A DNA stretch of 63,835 nucleotides, the filler included, from Hyphochytrium catenoides (taxonomy: Eukaryota; Protista; Hyphochytriomycota), in NCBI GenBank assembly GCA_900088475.1. It is 6 parts of 6 records of this genome, joined end to end, with 100 filler letters (N's around TTAATTAATTAA, not from the genome) between each part and the next. Parts side by side here need not be neighbours in the genome. Positions count along the whole stretch, not along the records: positions 59,481 to 63,835 come from FLMG01002381.1; 5 more parts are not named here. One strand, 5' to 3'. Numbering within the stretch: position 1 is the first letter of the stretch; every line of letters begins with the position of its first letter. Below are positions 59,897 through 63,835 of the stretch, in pieces. A program made the position numbers and the translations under genes. The notes beneath the pieces are model-generated. The model saw only the letters and a program-made list of their open reading frames with translations, was not told where the DNA came from and searched no databases.

Positions 59897-60215
59897 TCTC
59901 TGTGTGTGTTTCTCTCTATCTCTGCCTGTTGCCTATCTTTCTGTCTCTGTATGTATGTACGTGTCTCTTTCTGCTTGATCCTTCCTCAGCCTCTCGTCAG
60001 CCAATGCTCTTTATATCATCCTCTCGTTCCCCATCTCTCGTCTCTTTGGTAAGTCCCTTTTTAACCAGCCCCTCCGCCCCGTCTTTCTCTTGACCTCTGT
60101 CTGTTTCTCTCCTCTCATGCTCTGCTTCACTCTTCACTATAGGAGCAGCGCTGCTGGCCTCACCACCTTGAGTTATGCCTGTGAAGCCGCAGATTCAGAC
60201 AGGTCGGCTGCGGTA

Positions 60216-60246
<31 letters not shown>

Positions 60247-60514
60247 TATCCTCCTGCACCTTCACCGAGTGTAAGGTCTGTGTCTCTCTGTGTGTCTCTC
60301 TCTCTTGCTCTCTGTGTGTTGTGCGGCTGCTCTCTTTGTTCTCTCTTGCTCACTCTTAACGCTTTCTCTCCTCGCCCCTCCCCCCGCCTTCCTTTTTCAT
60401 GTCTCTCCCTCTGTCTTATTCTCTGGGTCTTTTCTCTCTCTCTCTCCTTGCCTAACTCTTTTCCTCTATCTCGTGTCCCTTTCTCCCCTTTCTCATTGCT
60501 CCTTTTAACCCCAC

Positions 60515-60554
<40 letters not shown>

Positions 60555-61398
60555 AAACAGTGAGGAAGAGGAATGTGAGTGGGTGGTGCACGGCGTCCCT
60601 TCCTCTCTCGTCCTCCGGCGCTGTCAGACGCTGGCGGAGACGTATCTTAACGCCCAAGGAGTGATGCATCCCAAGCTCTCTCTCCTCTTTACCAAGGGAG
60701 AGACCCAAGGAGTTCAGGTATAGGAGAGAAAGGGAAGCACGTTATCTCTAAAATTTTGCTCTCAGTCTCCCTATCTATATGGAAGAAAATCACCATCTTT
60801 CTCTCTCTTTCTCCTCTCTCTCTCCCCCCGGTTTCCTTTTGTTCTTTGCTCTCTCTCTCTCTTCAGACCTGTCCTCGCTCTGGCTTTCTCTCGTTACGCT
60901 CTTTCTCTCTCCTTCAACTTCCTATCTTGTCTTCTTTTTTGGTTCTCCCTCCCGTTTGTCTCTCTTCTTTCTTCGGTTTCCCCTCATACTGCGTTGCTTT
61001 GCTCTCTTTGTCTCCAAGTTTTTTGCTCCGTATGTTTTCTCTCTCTCTCATCCTCCTCGCTGCGTCAGAGCCGTTCTCGGCTACTTTCTCCCTTAACAAT
61101 TGTTTCTCCGCAGTTCCGTTCCTGTGCTCTTGAACTCTCTCTTTTTCTCTTCCTCTTTTTCTCTCCCTCTTTTTCTCTCTCTAACTCTCTTTCTCTATCT
61201 CTCTTACTCTCTTTCTCTATCTCTTTTACTCTCTCTCTCGCTCTCTCTTACTCTCTCTCTATCTCCGTCTCTCTCTCTCTCTGTCTATCTCTCTCTCGCC
61301 CTCTATCTATCTATCTATCTCCCTCTATCTCTCCCACCTCCTCTATCTATTTCTCTCCCTCTTCTCTCTCTCTCTCTTCTATCTCTCTCTGTCTTCTC

Positions 61399-61431
<33 letters not shown>

Positions 61432-63344
61432 TCGCGCGCGCACGCCGATCAGGTGGTAGTCTCTAGCGGAAACCTCGTTCCTCCTGTTTGCCTGGACATG
61501 GCCTGGACGCAATGGTTCCCGGCGAAGTTGGAAGAGGAGAAAGAGAGAGAGAGGACACAGAGAGAAGAGCAGGAAGAAAAGGAGAAGAAAGAGAGAGAGA
61601 AGAAAGGACAGGGAAGAGCCCTCGGACAACATGAGTCTCTCCTTCCTCCTGAAGACTTTGGCGTGTATCTCTCGGACTTTATTTATCAGCTGCACTACTC
61701 AGTCCTTAGCGCCTGTAATAGCGAGGGGCTCCACGGTACAGATGNNNNNNNNNNNNNNNNNNNNNNNNNNNNNNNNNNNNNNNNNNNNNNNNNNAGAGAG
61801 AGAGAGTTAGAAAAAAGGAGGAGGAGGGAAGAAGGGGGAGACTTAAAAAATAGGAGAACGGCAGAAAGAGAAAGTCAAAGAAAAAAGTAAGACAGAGAGG
61901 GCAAAAAGGAGTATAAGCTGAGAGAAGGAGAGAGAGAGAGTCCAATAATTAGGTAGAGGGAAAGACAAGCAGACAATGCAACTTTAGGGAGCGAGAGATA
62001 GGAAGAAAGAGGCGGAAACTGATAAAAGTGAGAGGAGAGACTCTAGCATTCCTTCCTCTTTTCGTTCCTACCATCGAGACATGTGCTAATCGCCGTTGGC
62101 TCCATTCTATGATCCGCTTATCGTTGCTCTCACTCTCTCTCTCTCTTCTCTCTTTCTTACCCTCTATGGCATTCTCTCGGTCTCGCTTTCTGGGTCTAAT
62201 CTCTCCCTCTCTTCCCACTTTCCTCTCTGCTTCCCTTCTCTGTCTTCACTTCCATCGCTGACTCCTTCTTTCACCCTCTTCCTCCTCTCTTTCTTCTCTC
62301 TCTCTCTCTCTCTCTCTCCCTTCCTCCTTCCCCTCCTTCCATCCTCTCCCTGCGCAGCTGGTTTCGCCAACAGTTTGGCTTTCAACCCGAGGAACTGCTC
62401 TACCACTTCTCTTTCTCTTCAGCCCAGGCGGCGCTGATCACCTCAGTACCGGGAACCCATAGATATAATGGCTGGAACCCGGAGGAGGGGAGACAAGACG
62501 AGAGAGAAGAGGAAGAAGAAGAGAGAGAGAGAGACAACATAAGCTTCAAAGAAGAAAGAGAGAAAATGGACAGCCGCACGAGAGAGAGAGAGGAAGTGAA
62601 CCTATATTATGGACAGCGACGAGTGGCACAGATTCTCTCGCACATAGGACAGTTTCTACCAGCGTAAGAGCGCCGCCCCTCTCTCTCTCCCTTTATGTCT
62701 TTCTTTCTTTTGCTCTTTACCCTTCTTCCCTTCCGACCTCACCCTTTCTCTCTCTTCTCACAGTCTTCTCCTTATCTATCTTCTCAACTCTATCTGTCTC
62801 CTCTGCTACTACCTGACCCTCTCTCTTTCTTATCCATCTTGCCTCTCTCTCTCTCTCTCTCTCTCTGAACTGGGACTGGGACTGGAGGCCCTTGTTAGTC
62901 GTCTGTCTCCCCCGCTCTCTCTCTCTCTGTCCAGGTTCTCCTCTCTCTTTCTCTCCTCTCTTTCCTTCTTTTGGGTCCACCTCTTTCCCCGTCTGATGGC
63001 AAAAGTTTGAGCATTATCTCCTTCCTCTTCTCGCTCTGTCTCTTTATTCTCCCAGTCCTTTAACGGATGAGGACACTCTCCTGCTCCAGCCCACGAGCAT
63101 AGGGAAAGGAATGGACGTGGCTTCGATGCGTAAGTTCTATCTCTTTCTCTCTATCTATTTATATATGTATCCTGTCTCTCTCTCTCTCCGTATAATCTCC
63201 CTTTTTACCCCTCTTGCTTGACTGTCTCTCTCTCTCTCTGTCTCTCTCTCCAGATATTCTCTCCCGATCCTACGGTGCGAAAGACTTCAAGATCGTTTGG
63301 CCGTCGGACAGCTTCATGAGAAGGTGTAAAGAACTCAGTCTCAG
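59725..63344 (+). CDS. TDP1: Tyrosyl-DNA phosphodiesterase 1-like (phospholipase D superfamily), internal fragment with at least 7 exons
   Basis: In-phase exons give WLL..PLLIVHG, GVMHPKLSLLF..VQ|VVVSSGNLV (first HxK..N motif), WTQWFP, EDFGVYLSDFI, HFSFSSAQAALITSVPGTH, YGQRRVAQIL, LQPTSIG and KIVWPS. Both ends of the gene are missing here. Confidence 0.88.
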
Positions 63345-63481
63345 GTAAACCTATGCTTGTCTTCCCCTCTCTCTCTTTCTCTCTCTCTATCTCTCTCTCT
63401 CTCTCCCTCTCCCTCTCCCTCGTTCTCGCGCGCTCTCTCTCTCGCACGCGCTCTCTTTCTCTCTCGCTCGCTCTCCCTCGT

Positions 63482-63519
<38 letters not shown>

Positions 63520-63835
63520 TTCATCTAACCTGGCCATTCTCACCTTATAAACACCAGGAGTCTGTCTCACTCATTGTTTCTCTCGTCCCTTCCCTGTCTT
63601 TCTTTATGTCAGTGCCTATCGCAATTCATATCTCTCTCTATCGCTCTCCCGCTTTCTCTTCCTGTGTCTCTCTCTCTCGGTGTTTCTCTTCTTTCTTCTT
63701 TCCATTTCTCTCCTTTCTTTCTTCCTTTCTTCTTTCATTCTTGACGTCCGTCGCTTTATCTTTCTCATTTGTCCTCTTCAAGCGAACTCTCTGACGTTGC
63801 CGTTCCTACTTTCTCTCTCTCTCTCTCTCTCTCTC

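Larger units (their letters stand above)
12000..63835. repeat. Dense (CT)n/(GA)n microsatellites, mainly intronic
   Basis: Long CT/GA tracts lie between most exons and often border the N gaps. Confidence 0.95.

Noticed and set aside
1976-63344. Non-canonical splice sites or a reassigned genetic code
   Set aside because: All junctions I checked resolve as GT-AG in phase, and the conserved genes translate without internal stops under the standard code.
14500-63835. Numerous long ORFs rich in LSLSLS or ERERER
   Set aside because: These are translations of (CT)n/(GA)n microsatellites, which lack stop codons. Most lie in introns or antisense to real exons.

Overview
Intron-rich eukaryotic draft sequence, not prokaryotic. 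Six segments are joined by identical artificial 100-nt spacers (44 N + TTAATTAATTAA + 44 N), so adjacency across those spacers is unproven. Most ORF-track entries are artefacts of (CT)n/(GA)n microsatellites, so I rebuilt the genes by hand from GT-AG exons in phase. Segment 1 has a divergent cyclin, importin-beta, an ATX1 copper chaperone, BBS4, a 5' fragment of DNAAF9/C20orf194 and an ankyrin fragment. Segment 2 has a very large armadillo-repeat gene, SF3A1, PSTK, protoporphyrinogen oxidase and CFAP45. Segment 3 has a possible V-ATPase subunit e, a hypothetical gene, an intronless HEAT-repeat gene and a Myb-like 'RRGKWT' protein. Segment 4 has an ELMO-domain gene and a possible small Cys-rich membrane peptide. 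Segment 5 is a decayed Ty3/gypsy element in which a 14-unit composite tandem array sits between a truncated RNase H and a probable PPT/3' LTR. Segment 6 has a TDP1-like gene. Gene content suggests (inference) a flagellated stramenopile-like protist that uses selenocysteine. The most unusual signals are the CRISPR-like array inside the retroelement and the strand-polarised microsatellites: CT on the sense strand of introns, GA on the sense strand of exon insertions. Family assignments come from motif recognition, not database searches.
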